Origin: Hormiphora californensis
Taxonomy: Eukaryota; Animalia; Ctenophora
Assembly (NCBI GenBank): GCA_020137815.1
Contig: CM035358.1
Location: 8,060,250 to 8,124,249, forward strand
Length of the DNA stretch: 64,000 nt
Direction of reading: 5' to 3'
Part shown: piece by piece, positions 52,082 to 64,000 of the stretch
How positions within the stretch are numbered: position 1 is the stretch's first letter
How the letters are laid out: the number at the start of each line of letters is the position of its first letter
Program-made: the position numbers and the translations under genes
Notes under the pieces: model-generated
Told to the model about the DNA's origin: nothing
Databases searched by the model: none
The model's input: the letters and a program-made list of their open reading frames with translations, nothing else

Positions 52082-52559
52082 TTATGGGTCGACGTTCTCC
52101 TCGGATTCGTCGAGGGCAGCTGGATATCCTTGGGGCATGATTGTTAGCGCCTCTTGTCGTGGATGGCTACACAGTTGGTGTCCTTCGAAGAGTGCGCATA
52201 CAAGTAGGGTCCTCGACTAGGCCTCTCTGGCAAAGCCCATCACAGAAGCTGCTCTGGAATCGAGGCATCGGTCTTGAAGTCTTGGGCATATCTCTTCACG
52301 AACAGACGCGCTGGTAAGGGTAGCTTCCTCAGGAGTGCAGTTTCATGATAGACTTCTGGTATTCTGGCCTGATCTCTCGAGGGGGGCAACGGTACCGGTC
52401 CGGTACCTGTGTGGGGCTTCTTATACTCTCGCAGTGGCGGGAGGCACTCTTTATCTTAGCGGAGCGGCCGGTGCCTTGGTGGGGAGCTGGCTTTCGGGAG
52501 GCCTTTCGCTCCGGTTAGATTTACGGGTTCGGGCGGTCTGCTTTGTTTTCGCGGGCCAT
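52082..52559 (-). pseudogene. H3: Histone H3, indel-damaged copy
   Basis: Reverse strand shows KQTAR, KPHRYR.GT, FKTD, LFE.TN, MP.DIQL, IRGER. Confidence 0.8.
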
Positions 52560-52966
52560 TTCGAGTGATGTATAAAGATGCAAGAATGAAATTGAATGAA
52601 TCCAATAAAAATGTTCACCGTTATTAATGTTTCACAAGTTTCCCCTGCCCACGGCTTACAGCGGTTGCAGTGAGAGTCATGACACGTAAGGCGAACTCTC
52701 TTGGCCTGTGCATATAAGAGAAGTCTCGAGAGCTAATTGGTTCTGCTATGGAAGAGTCTTCGTGATAGTTTGAGACAGTTATGGGAGTAGAGAGGCACAT
52801 AATATGGGGCCGGGGCAGTAACATGCATAGTATATCAACGGGCTTTCTAGAAATTCTTAATATAAACAGCGACTTATTTCAGGCAAACGCCAACTCAACA
52901 TTTCGCGCTAACACGCTGAACAGTTTAAAACTCTCTAAACTCTCTGTATCTTCTACTAAGCAATTC

Positions 52967-53371
52967 TGGTCTGGCGGCGTGGTAAAAAAAAAAAAAAAAG
53001 AAAGGAGAAAGGGTTACTCGGAAAAGGCGAGCCCAATGCGTCTTTCGAAATTAGATTCTAGCGCGAGATAATTACGATCGGGATCCAGGGAATGCAAACC
53101 AGCCTGCCATCCTACGTCTTGCGCCAGGAGGGGAAAGGGGTGTCAAGTCGAATCATGTGCTTTACATGATCTACGAGAGACTCGGCGGGTGTCGGCTGAA
53201 AGGTTTTCTCTGGAGTAGAATTTATCGGGTCATGGAGGGAGCTGTGACCTCTGCGAGCATGCCTAAGAGGAAGACTTTCACCCCGTTGCTCTGGATGTTC
53301 GTCTTACTTTACTTATTACGCTCCTGAAGGGCGACCGGGAGCGACTCCTCTAAACGGATTCGGAGGGTTAA
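52967..53371 (+). pseudogene. H4: Histone H4, indel-damaged copy
   Basis: Aligns with 59269-59580; 3' flank and stem-loop ggcttttttcaaagcc (~53416-53431) match. Confidence 0.85.
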
Positions 53372-54300
53372 AATCTCTGAATTCTCAGGTACTGGGCTAT
53401 CCCAGTACCGCAAAAGGCTTTTTTCAAAGCCACCCAAATATAAAAAGAAACCATGATATTGAGAAATAATTTCAATTAATCATTTTGGGATTTGCTTTTG
53501 AACTCCACACTGTGTAGGTCACACCAGAAGCATAAGTGTATAAATCTCATTGTACTAGAAAAAATACAACCTACACACTGTATGGCGGCGCCATACCCCA
53601 TTTGATTCTCACTCAGATGGGTCGCGGCGCCAGACAGCCTACACATAACAAGACTGATATAGTGCTGTTGATTACACGCAAGAACTCATTCCGAAAGGTG
53701 TGAAAACTCTTGTGTGTGTAATACACACGCTAGAATAAGGAGAGATTGGGCGACAGGGTGTCTCCATTAGAAAGGACAAGAGGGAGCTTGGTATTTCACT
53801 ATTTCTTATCTCCCCCAATAGAGATTAAGGATGCTCCCGTTGCCATGGTGGCAAAGTGATGATAATCACCACCGGAGCATCCTTCCGTAACATTTTAACA
53901 CATTCCCATGTCCCATGATCTAATTAAGAGTCTTAATGTCTTGATATGGCTTCGTCTAGCCGAGATACGGTCATTGGTTAAAACGGTGTCATGCGACAGA
54001 ACAACCCTTTATTATATCATGAAAAGATGCTCCAGAGGTGATTATCATCACCTCTTTACCATTTAGACTATACTAGTTATATAGTGAAATTTACATTGTA
54101 CACCTGTACAATTGGCATGTCAAGATTCGAAGTTGCTAGCTATCCAAAACGCCATTACTTAACCGTACAGTTCTTGTACAATAATGCTAGAGTTTCTTTT
54201 TTAGATTTGGGTGGCGCTGAAAGCAGGAAGCCGTTGTTCCATGTTTCTTCGTTCTTGCTCCGTGATCCGGATAGAGAAACACGCGTAAATCGTTAAGCGA

Positions 54301-54760
54301 TTAGCTTAGGCCTTTCGCAGAGCGCTAGACTGCTTGGCAAGAGAATCAGGCCTGGATGTTGGGGGCAGTAAGCACGCTCTCTGAGGCAATGGTCTACTCG
54401 GGCGTTCGATTAGTTGGTTCAGTTGCTTCCTCATCGTTCCATCACAAAAGCGGCAGCTTGGCAAGTGTCGTAGGATGATCCTGTGCTTCTTTTTGTCACG
54501 TCTAGCGTTGCCAGGCCATACTCAGGATTTCATGCATGCCGCAGGTATTTGGGTCTCGCATTAACAGCTGCAAAGGTGAATCGGGGGCACCATGGCTGCC
54601 GCGCAACTCGCTCTGGGTCGTAGTTTTCCTTTCGCCTGAGTAAGTCGGAACACGAGGCTCAGGTCAACGGGGAACTGTCAGTCCAGGGCCATTGGAGATT
54701 CGGTATTTAGTGGCTCTTAGCTCTTAGCTTTGCGCTCCTTTGGTCGCACGTCGCAGACAT
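54301..54760 (-). pseudogene. H2A: Histone H2A, indel-damaged copy
   Basis: Inverse alignment with 62201-62581 and its flanks. Confidence 0.8.
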
Positions 54761-55201
54761 GTTGATTCAGGTGTGGTTGTTGAAAACCTGTGTTGCTGAG
54801 GTTCCGATTGGAATTGATTTCTGTAAGCCGAGCCCCGGTCTATATACTGTTACTCCTCGAGCTGACTTCGGATAGAATATAGAGCTCATTTCAAACTCCT
54901 GCTTCTGCGCATTGGGCTGAGCGTCTCTAATTGCTAAGAACTAGAGTGGCGCAATACGATGCTCAATTAGGAACACTAGCGTGTGACGGCAAGATATCCA
55001 ATAGAGTGTAGGCGTTTCATAAGGGCCTCAGCTGATTAATCTGGCTGCCAGCTTAGGCAAGGGAGGCTCTTCTGCATTGGTTCACCTGAGGCTTCTACAG
55101 AATCGTCGACGCCTGTATAATACAACCGGGTGCAAGATTCGTGGGGTCAAAGCAACTCGAGCTAACTGCAGCTGGTACTATCTCCTAAATCAGCCTTTAA
55201 G

Positions 55202-55668
55202 ATGGCCGCTCCTTGTTTCTGGTAAAGAAATCTCGAGAAGAAGGCTAGGCAAGAAGGCGCGGCGGTCGGAGGAGAGCAAGAAGCGAAAGAGAGAAGAGGA
55301 AGGAATCGCTACTCCGATCTACATCTACCAGGTCGCGCTCAAGCAGGTCTCACCCGATACTGGTAATCAGCTGGCTCTATCAAGGGCGTCATTGTCTGGC
55401 ATCATGAACTCCTTTGTGAACGGATAGAACGTGAAACGACATCATTTGAGAGGATCGGGCGCGGAGAAGGTGGCTCTTCTCGACTTGGACATCTATCAAC
55501 AAGGCGGATAAGACGGGGGCATCTCCTCCAGAGAGGTCGTCATACTGCCGTAATTCTGCTTTTGCCTCGGTGCGGCTGGGTGGCCGAAGGGGGCAGCGAC
55601 TGTATCAAGAGGGATAGTCCAAGGGCTGTTAGCGCAAGTACAACGGGCTCATCATTGTCTCCTAGTAA
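55202..55668 (+). pseudogene. H2B: Histone H2B, indel-damaged copy
   Basis: IYIYQVALKQVSPDTG...IMNSFVN; 3' stem-loop ggcttttttcaaagcc at ~55710. Confidence 0.85.
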
Positions 55669-57728
55669 ACTGGAGGAGCTCCCGCCGTGTTTCCAAAACA
55701 CGGCAAAAAGGCTTTTTTCAAAGCCACCCAAAAACCAAAAGAAACGTGTGCGATCCAATCGTCCCATTATAACATTCAATATCAAAACTTAGATCAAACG
55801 TAGGGCGCGAGAGTTTCATAGGATAGGAAAACATTGAATGAGCGTGTGTAAAGGTCACTAGGTGATCGTGAAAAAGCAAGGTATTGTCTACTGCCGCGCC
55901 CAAGGGAGGGGAGAGCGCGTTCCCCCTTCCAACTTAGCACTTTGTAGGACACACGTGTTGTCAATCTGGCACTCTGATTGGTCACGTGCTTGCGTCTCTT
56001 CTCACCGTGTTTCACTTATTGTACCGTGTTTATCGATACCGTAAATTATCACTACAAGCAGCCTTGCTAAGAGCTGCTGAAAATTGTGTGCGTAGCTATA
56101 GGACGTGTAGTGGTAAAATTGTAAAACACTATCTACACTACCTCTCAAAGAGCGCCTTGTTTCGTGACCTTTAACAAACTCTTTGCCAGCTAACCGCTTC
56201 ATCTCATATCTATGGGTCACCACACACCAAAGTTGGGATGGAATGGTTCTGTGAAAAGGAACCACCCCATGGGGGTGGGGAATTTTCACAGAGCAAGTCC
56301 GATCAGTCAATCTCCACGCGATCCATCCTGGAAACGGCACCTTGGCTTCGCCTTGGTGACGGCTAATGACTGCGGGCGTCCAGACAACTTCTGGATTATT
56401 ACCTTCCTGACTCACGTCACCCGACTCCTGGGACTTCATTCCGTCATTGAGGGCCGTGCTGGCCGGTCGGTACCCGCTGGCTGTGCCTGCAAAAGCAAGC
56501 TTCATTGCCCATGTGGCTGTCTTTATGACAGGTGCATGAGATAAACCCTGTAATAATCGCAATGTAGGGGCTGGTCGCCCGCTGGGGAACCGCTGTCTGC
56601 CCAAATTTGCACGGTCTAACGAACGCTCTGGCCCTATTAAACCGCCCGACATCGACCTATTTTGTCTCGCTCACCCAAAAGCAGATCTAGACACAAATAA
56701 CTTACCGCTTAAGAGCCACTACTTCAACGTAACGGGGTCGACGAAAACGACGCATGGTGAACAAGTCGAGCCCTCAGGTTGAAGCAAACTGGCGCAACGA
56801 CAGTTCGGCAAGCTCGGCAAGTTCTAGACTCCGCTCATGAACACACCCATACTCCACCCGGCCCTCGCCCTAATCCAAGCTCGCGCACTTATGGGCGATC
56901 TCCAGCTGGCGTACAGCTTGACAACACTATGCAGCGGGAGCCTGCAGCCCGGACATCAACCCCAAAAGCAAGCGGTCTTAAGTGACAAATACTGCTACAA
57001 ATCTGCAAGACGCCTTTAGTAGTCGAGGTAAAAGCCCTATACAGTTTGGGGACACTAACAATGAGTACCGCTTATTCAAATGGGCAAGACATATCGGCTA
57101 GGCGACTGAGTACCCCTCGCATTGAATGACGCGAAGCTTGGGAACTGATACTGGTCAATGGGCACTCAGGGATCAACCATAGACGGTTTTTTACAGCAAG
57201 CTAATCTTATAACTCTGGCCACCGCACCCGGCAGATGGGCAACATCGCCTGAGTCCGGACCATTGGGTCGTACTTGTGAAATACGATTACTATACTAGGC
57301 TAAGCTTAGACTACAGTGCCCTGGTGTAAAGAAAGGCATTTAATCGGGCGCTTGATAGGTTAATGTCAATGATATGCCGGGCAAATACCTACATTCCTAC
57401 TAGTTGTCGTGAGGCAGTGGTACTCAAGGACGGGCATCGCATATCGGAAGGTACGTCGCTGTGTCATCACATGTCTGTGGGAAGAGATTTCTCCAGTGCG
57501 CGAAACCTGCCAGGCAGACTCGCATGCTCGCATTTTGGCGGGGGGAACCACAAAGTAGACTGCTGGGAACCAGTGGAGGATGCTAGTGTAATCACTCGTA
57601 CGGGGCCCAGTGCGCCTGGGTGCGTGTGGGGGTCATCTGGCAAGGAGTGAGGTCAGTAACGGGCCGGCTGAGGGGTCATCAATAACCTCAGCATGGGGTG
57701 GAACGACGGGAGGTACCGAACACACACA

Positions 57729-57991
57729 CACACACCAAAGTTAAAATTAAAATTAAAATTTTGATTTTAAACCCGCACACATCAGCGGCCGTTAAAATTT
57801 CTCTCCCCCATGCTAAAAGTAACAATCTCGCGCGCGATTTTGACGGCGTGTTAAAATTTTGTCATCCAACGCGACCGTCAAAATCGTGCGTGAGATTGTT
57901 ACTTTTAGAATGGGGAGAGACATTTTAACGGCCGCTGGTGTGTGCGGGATTAAATTCAAAATTTTAATTTTAATTTTAACTTTGGTGTGTG
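57729..57991. mobile_element. Palindromic MITE with CAC...GTG termini
   Basis: cacacaccaaagttaaaattaaaatt... mirrored by ...aattttaattttaactttggtgtgtg. Confidence 0.85.
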
Positions 57992-58419
57992 GTGACCCTA
58001 TCTCATATCTACCACTATCTTACTTTCTCTAGTTCATAAAATTTTAGTGACCCCTTTTTGGTGATGCAAGGCAATGTTGAATTGGATATACCATAGGACA
58101 ATCATGCAGAGAGAAAACACAAGCCCGGGTTGCAACCGGTTGGTCTTGGTACCATTGCCACCTATTCTCGCAACATATTGCCTAGCTAGACCGTTTTTCG
58201 CGTAAAGGGAGGGTTAGCACATAACAAGCATCATGTGTATTGTGTGTCACCAAGGGAAGGTATTGAGGTTTATTGAGCGTTATACCGATATTTAAAGTAG
58301 TTGTCGTGTTCTATGATGTATTGTATGGACTGGAGAATTTCTTTATTTGATTTGGTTGGCTTTGAAAAAAGCCGTTGTTTCTGAAGGAATGCACCTTCAG
58401 AAGGAGATCAAGTGTTGAT

Positions 58420-58908
58420 CTATTTCTTTGCCTTCTTGGGAGTGGCCTTTTTGGCAGTAGGCTTCTTCTTGGCGGCAGTAGGTTTCTTCTTAGGGGTAGT
58501 CTTCTTGGCAGCAGCAGTCTTCTTCTTGGGAGACTTGGCAGCAACTTTCTTCTTGGGGGTACCGGCCTTCTTAGCAGCAGGTTTCTTGGCGGCGGGTTTC
58601 TTGGCAGCGGCTTTCTTGGCAGCAGGTTTCTTGGCAGCAGGCTTCTTTTCCACGGCAGCCAGTTTGAAAGATCCGGCACATCCCAATCCAGTCTTCTTAA
58701 CGAGAGCTCCAGACTTTAGACCACGGAGAAGGGCCAACTTGAGCTGGGACTCGTGCCTGTCTCCAACCTTGTAGTTGGCGGAGATGTACTTGGAGATGGC
58801 GACCTTTGAACTTCCGGAGCGGTTGGCAAGAGAAGAGATGGCAGCGGCAATCATCTCCTTGTACTGAGGATGCTCAGCGGGCTTCTTGGGAGCGGCTTTC
58901 TTGGTTGG
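58420..58908 (-). CDS. H1: Histone H1 (linker histone); N-terminal initiator ATG not found
   Basis: PTKKAAPKKPAEHPQYKEMIAAAI...GSSKVAISKYI...GCAGSFKL + K/A/P-rich tail; stem-loop at 58358-58373. Confidence 0.9.
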   Translation of the reverse strand, partial: PTKKAAPKKPAEHPQYKEMIAAAISSLANRSGSSKVAISKYISANYKVGDRHESQLKLALLRGLKSGALVKKTGLGCAGSFKLAAVEKKPAAKKPAAKKAAAKKPAAKKPAAKKAGTPKKKVAAKSPKKKTAAAKKTTPKKKPTAAKKKPTAKKATPKKAKK

Positions 58909-58970
58909 GTAGAAGCTGATGAAACTTGCTGTTGAGTGTTGAGCTGATGTATCGAATTAAACTAAGGCCT

Positions 58971-59185
58971 CGAATCTTGCGGTATTTATACAGGGTCGGA
59001 TTCTTTGAAGCTAGTGAACCAATGAGAAGGCTCCCTTTGAAAGCTGGCCAGTGGAGAGCAGCTTATGAAACGCTACACTCTAATTAGTCACGTGTCCGAA
59101 TTGGAGCATCCTTATTGGCTCTAGCTATGCAATTAGTGGTAGCCAATGGAGAAGCAGTAGACCAGCTCAGTACGAGTATAAATAC
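58971..59185. promoter_or_regulatory. Bidirectional H1/H4 promoter
   Basis: TATA boxes on both strands (~58983-58990, ~59178-59185), several CCAAT boxes, CACGTG, ATGCAATT. Confidence 0.75.
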
Positions 59186-59265
59186 CGGTGGGGCCGGCGG
59201 ACTAGGAAACCAACTCAACATTTTCAACACCAAACAGTTTACACTCTCTGTACATCTTCTACTGA

Positions 59266-59580
<315 letters not shown>

Positions 59581-59624
59581 AATCTCTACAATCTCAGGTA
59601 CTGGGCTATCCCAGTACCGCAAAA

Positions 59625-59660
59625 GGCTTTTTTCAAAGCCACCCAAATCTATAAAGAAAC
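59625..59660 (+). terminator. Histone 3' stem-loop and downstream element of H4
   Basis: GGCTTT-TTTC-AAAGCC ACCCA ... AAAGAAAC. Confidence 0.9.
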
Positions 59661-59707
59661 TCTTACAATCGAACTGCGTACATGTCAAGTCGAATTACTT
59701 TCTCTCT

Positions 59708-59965
59708 ATAAGAAATTGCGATCTGAGAAACTTTTCTCGCTTAGAAATCGTGATTCGAGAAAATTTTCTCGCTAAAAAACTGCGATAGAGAAAACTTTCC
59801 CGGTTAGAAATTAGGATTCGATAAATTTTCCTGCTTAGAAATTGCGATTCGAAAAAATTTTTCGCTTAGCAATTGTGATCCGAGAAATTTTTCTCGGTTA
59901 GAAATTACTATTTGAGAAAGTTTTCTTAGAATTTACGATTCAGGAAAATTTCCTCTGTTAGAAAT
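59708..59965. repeat. ~31-bp minisatellite, same family as 43832-44405
   Basis: ttagaaattgcgattcga(g/a)aaattttt units. Confidence 0.85.
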
Positions 59966-59987
59966 AGTGAATACAAAGCTGTTTGTA

Positions 59988-60813
59988 CAGTCGGACCCCG
60001 ATTTAGTGGCATCCTCGGGGGAAAGAAATCCTGCCACTAAATCGGGGTGAGCCATATTTGGCCCATAAAAACCTATTTTATGCCCAAAATTCTATACTAA
60101 GACTAAAGACACCTCTAACTGTTATATGCAATATTCATGTATTGATGACATGATCATTTCTGATTAGAAATAGAAAACTATCAAATAACTTTTTCAAAAA
60201 AATTGTAAAAAATTTTCTAAGTTATACCAGCCCGTCCGATTTGTGTTTCGAATCGGTGCAGCTTCCTGGATGTCCTGTCTAATTAGCGGGTTCGAACCGA
60301 ACCGATACGTGATACCATGCCGAATCGGGGCACCCTAAGCGGGTGAGGAAGTATCAAAATTTCAAAATAACTTTTTCTCTCAAAATTTATGGGGAGCACC
60401 GATCAAAGCATTGACAATCGTACTGTAAAATTTGCAAAAAAAGTTTTAAAATTGTTTTGAAGGTATACCAGCCACATCCGAATCGTGTTTTGAATCGGTG
60501 CATCTTATCGCATGTCCTGCTGCTAATTAGACGGTTTAGAACGAATCGAAACGTGATCCCCATCGAATCGAAATTTTGACGCTTGGTGAACTTATGGTTC
60601 AATGGCCCCATTACATGGGGATCCCGTTATCGGTTCGTTCCGAACCGTCTAATTAACAGCAGGACATGCGATAAGGTTCACTGATTCGAAACACGATTCG
60701 GACGTGGCTGGTATTCCTTTGAAAAATTTTCAAAAAAATTTTTGGGGGAAAAAAATCCTGCCACTAAATCGGGGTGCCACTAAATCGGGGGCCACTAAAT
60801 CGGGGTCCGACTG
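59988..60813. mobile_element. Tc1/mariner-pogo type MITE
   Basis: TA-CAGTCGGACCCCGATTTAGTGGC ... GCCACTAAATCGGGGTCCGACTG-TA; internal direct and inverted repeats; one terminus also at ~27467. Confidence 0.9.
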
Positions 60814-60844
60814 TAGTGAGAATACGGTAGGCGGTAAATGTTAA

Positions 60845-61125
60845 CCAGATCTGTGAGAATTTCGCACGTTTTTGCCAATAACTCAGCCATTTCTTGACCA
60901 ATTTGCAAAATCTTTGGCTCATTGGGAAGAGGACATTGAGATCTCTCAAATAAGATCAAGGAAATGAAAATTGGCGTAAAGTGCGCGGCATGGTGGCGAA
61001 AACGCGCATTTTGTGCTCATTTGAAAGAGCTCAATGTCCTCTTTCCAACGCGCCCAAGATTTTGCAAATTGGTCAAGAAATGGCCGAGTTATGGGCAAAA
61101 ATGTGCGAAATACTCACAGATCTGG
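60845..61125. mobile_element. piggyBac-type MITE
   Basis: TTAA-CCAGATCTGTGAG ... CTCACAGATCTGG-TTAA, ~110-bp imperfect TIRs. Confidence 0.85.
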
Positions 61126-61384
61126 TTAATGATAATAATGCATGCATTCAATGATTTCATTTGCTGTCAAACTCTCGCGCGGTACGTCTAGCACACCAAG
61201 AAACCGTATTGGTCAAATGCCGTATTAAATGGCCTTTCCAGACGAGACAAAAAATGCACCCGAAGTGAAGCTCGTCTGGAAAGGCCCTTATTCAGATACC
61301 CACTACTAGCTGTTAGTAATGCTAGCTTAGAAATGCATAAAATGGGACGATTGGATCGCACACGTTTCTTTTGGTTTTTGGGTG

Positions 61385-61400
61385 GCTTTGAAAAAAGCCT
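61385..61400 (-). terminator. Histone 3' stem-loop of H2B
   Basis: Reverse strand GGCTTTTTTCAAAGCC-ACCCA. Confidence 0.9.
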
Positions 61401-61440
61401 TTTTGCCGTGTTTTGGAAACACGGCGGGAGTATCTCCAGT

Positions 61441-61815
61441 TTACTTGGAGACTGATGAGGTGTACTTGGTAACAGCCTTGGTTCCCTCCGATACAGCGTG
61501 CTTGGCCAGCTCACCGGGCAAAAGGAGCCTCACGGCAGTCTGGACCTCTCTGGAGGAGATGGTCTTTCGCTTGTTGTAGTGTCCAAGTCGAGAAGCTTCT
61601 CCGGCGATCCTCTCAAAGATGTCGTTCACAAATGAGTTCATGATGGACATGGCCTTGGAGCTGATTCCAGTGTCGGGGTGGACCTGCTTGAGGACTTTGT
61701 AGATGTAGATGGAGTAGGATTCCTTCCTCTTCTTCTTTCGCTTCTTGTCTCCTCCGACACGGCCGGCCTTCTTGCCTGCCTTCTTCTCGGCTTTCTTTCC
61801 AGAAACGGGGGGCAT
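61441..61815 (-). CDS. H2B: Histone H2B
   Basis: MPPVSGKK...[26 protein letters not shown]...KYTSSVSK; ATG at 61815. Confidence 0.98.
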   Translation of the reverse strand: MPPVSGKKAEKKAGKKAGRVGGDKKRKKKRKESYSIYIYKVLKQVHPDTGISSKAMSIMNSFVNDIFERIAGEASRLGHYNKRKTISSREVQTAVRLLLPGELAKHAVSEGTKAVTKYTSSVSK

Positions 61816-61864
61816 CTTCAAGTTGATTTGGGTACAGCTGCAGTTAGTGAGTTGTTCTGACCCC

Positions 61865-62125
61865 CGAATCTTGCGGTATTTATACAGGGTCGGATTCTTT
61901 GAAGCTAGTGAACCAATGAGAAGGCTCCCTTTGTAAGCTGGCCAGTAATAGTGAGGCTTATGAAACGCTACACTCTAATTGGATCTCTTGCCGTCACGTG
62001 TCCTAATTGGAGCATCCTTATTGGCTCTAGTTATGCAATTAGAGGTAGCCAATGGAGAAGCAGGGTTTTGAAATTGAGCTCTCTATTCTATCCGAAGTCA
62101 GCTCAGTAACAGTATATAGACCGGG
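61865..62125. promoter_or_regulatory. Bidirectional H2B/H2A promoter
   Basis: TATA boxes at ~61877 (minus) and ~62113 (plus), CCAAT boxes, CACGTG, ATGCAATT. Confidence 0.75.
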
Positions 62126-62194
62126 GCTCGGCTTACAGAAATCAATTCCAATCTTGAACTCCGCAGTTAACACAGTTTTCAACAACCCACCTGA

Positions 62195-62581
<387 letters not shown>

Positions 62582-62630
62582 ATCGTCTACCGATTTACCG
62601 CTGGTATCTCTTCCGAGAAACTGGCAAAAC

Positions 62631-62668
62631 GGTGCTTTTCAGCGCCACCCAAATCTAAAAAAGAAACT
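62631..62668 (+). terminator. Histone 3' stem-loop and downstream element of H2A
   Basis: GGTGCT-TTTC-AGCGCC ACCCA ... AAAGAAAC. Confidence 0.88.
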
Positions 62669-63128
62669 CTAGCATTTTTACCTACAACACGAGTAGGATT
62701 TAGTTAGCCACTATTATAGTATCTCTCTTCGTAAAGCAAGGGTCCCGGAGGGGTGGTTCACACAAACTTCATTCAAACAGTTATTTTCAATTCACCTCTG
62801 CTTTCCTGCTATTACTACACACAATCGTTGGAAGATTTTAAAAGGATGTAGGTATTGAGAGAGATAACATTGAACTGTGAATCATGAGCGCCAGACTAGC
62901 TGGTGCCATGGCTGGCGCCGGCTAGTCTGTCATATTGGCGCGCCAAGTTTAGACAGAGAGCGTTGTTCGTAGTACACAAACTCCATCTTGTCATTTATTG
63001 TGTTTTCAGTGATTCTAATTAGCGATATTTACACAGATCCCCCACCCAATAGACCAGTGCAAATGTTTCGCAAATTTGAGCCAGCTTGGTCTATGATTAA
63101 AATATAGTATAGGAGAGTAGTATATATA

Positions 63129-63952
63129 GGGGGGGGGGGCCAACGCTCATTTTTTATATATTTTTATATATTTTATATACCTTTTTTTTGGAAAAAAAAA
63201 ACAAATTTTTTATAATATATAAAAATATATAAAATATATAAAAATACATAGAATATATAAAAATATATAAAAATATATAAAAAATATATAAAAATATATA
63301 AAAAATTGTGCCGAAAGTGTGAAACAGAAAGCTGTTTTTCGCCATAGCGGGATCAAATATCATTCAATTGATCTCAAACTTGGTCAGCATCTTCATCTAG
63401 ATAATCCTGATGATTTTCCGTCATCAATGTGACGTTTGTAACATCGTGACGTCGCGTCAATAACGTCATGAACGTCAAATGACGTCAAAAATGATTGTTT
63501 TTTTAGTTTCGCGATCCAACCTCTCTTCACCAGTTCTAGTACATCTGCACGGATCAACATACAAAAAATGATTGAAATCACAAAAAACTGGTAGATATTA
63601 TTAGGCCGGAACCTCTCTTCACCAGTTACTTTTGACAGTGCATAATTCACTTTTGACACATTCTCAAATGATGAAAACAGCTATCACCCTCTCAAAAACT
63701 TAAATTAACTCTATGAAACATATTCAAGTGAACAATAGATGGAAATAATCCCCTTTTTTGAAAGTAAAAGGGGTGAAAAAAGGGTTTATTTTATATATTT
63801 TTATATATTTTTATATATTATTTATATAACTTTATATATTTTTATATATTTTTATATATTTTTATATATTTTTATTATTTTTTATATATATATAATAAAA
63901 AATTCCAAATTAAGGAAATATATAAAAAATTCGTTGGCCCCCCCCCCCCCCC
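63129..63952. mobile_element. Non-autonomous DNA transposon with poly-G/poly-C TIRs in a (TA)n site
   Basis: tatatata-G(n)CCAACG ... CGTTGGC(n)-tatatata; AT-rich subterminal (tttttatata)n arrays. Confidence 0.8.
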
Positions 63953-64000
63953 TATATATAGGGAGATTGATGAAGCGTATTCATCTAACAACCAAGAAAA

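Noticed and set aside
56002-57650. 216-aa and neighbouring ORFs as a gene or retroelement
   Set aside because: No recognisable motifs, and they lie in the error-rich interval.
58311-58774. Alternative-frame and antisense ORFs over H1 (similarly over H4, H2A, H2B, the LINE and the GPCR)
   Set aside because: Shadow ORFs of real coding sequence.

Overview
Animal (invertebrate) nuclear DNA with short GT-AG introns and abundant transposons. From left to right: (1) small MITEs and a (CT)n tract. (2) A 13.5-kb nested stack: a ~130-bp hairpin element split by an intact L2/CR1-group LINE, whose 3' UTR holds a MITE and whose (TTA)n tail holds a non-autonomous Helitron, itself interrupted by an intact Ty3/Gypsy element with identical 175-bp LTRs. 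(3) ~420 bp later, a complete 14-exon Piwi-clade Argonaute gene (~850 aa, DEDH tetrad intact). (4) Signal-peptide + kringle exons, an orphan SF3B1 exon fragment and a single-ORF LDLa-repeat rhodopsin-type GPCR. (5) A 2.2-kb insertion made of multimers of a 506-nt ORF-bearing unit that folds back on itself and is flanked by a 13-bp direct repeat. (6) A duplicated unknown gene segment and TE debris. (7) A replication-dependent histone cluster arranged as divergent pairs: eight heavily indel-damaged copies at 44.5-55.7 kb, probably poor sequence consensus, then clean H1 (no initiator ATG for its N-terminus), H4, H2B and H2A genes. All calls are by eye and family assignments come from recalled motifs, not searches.
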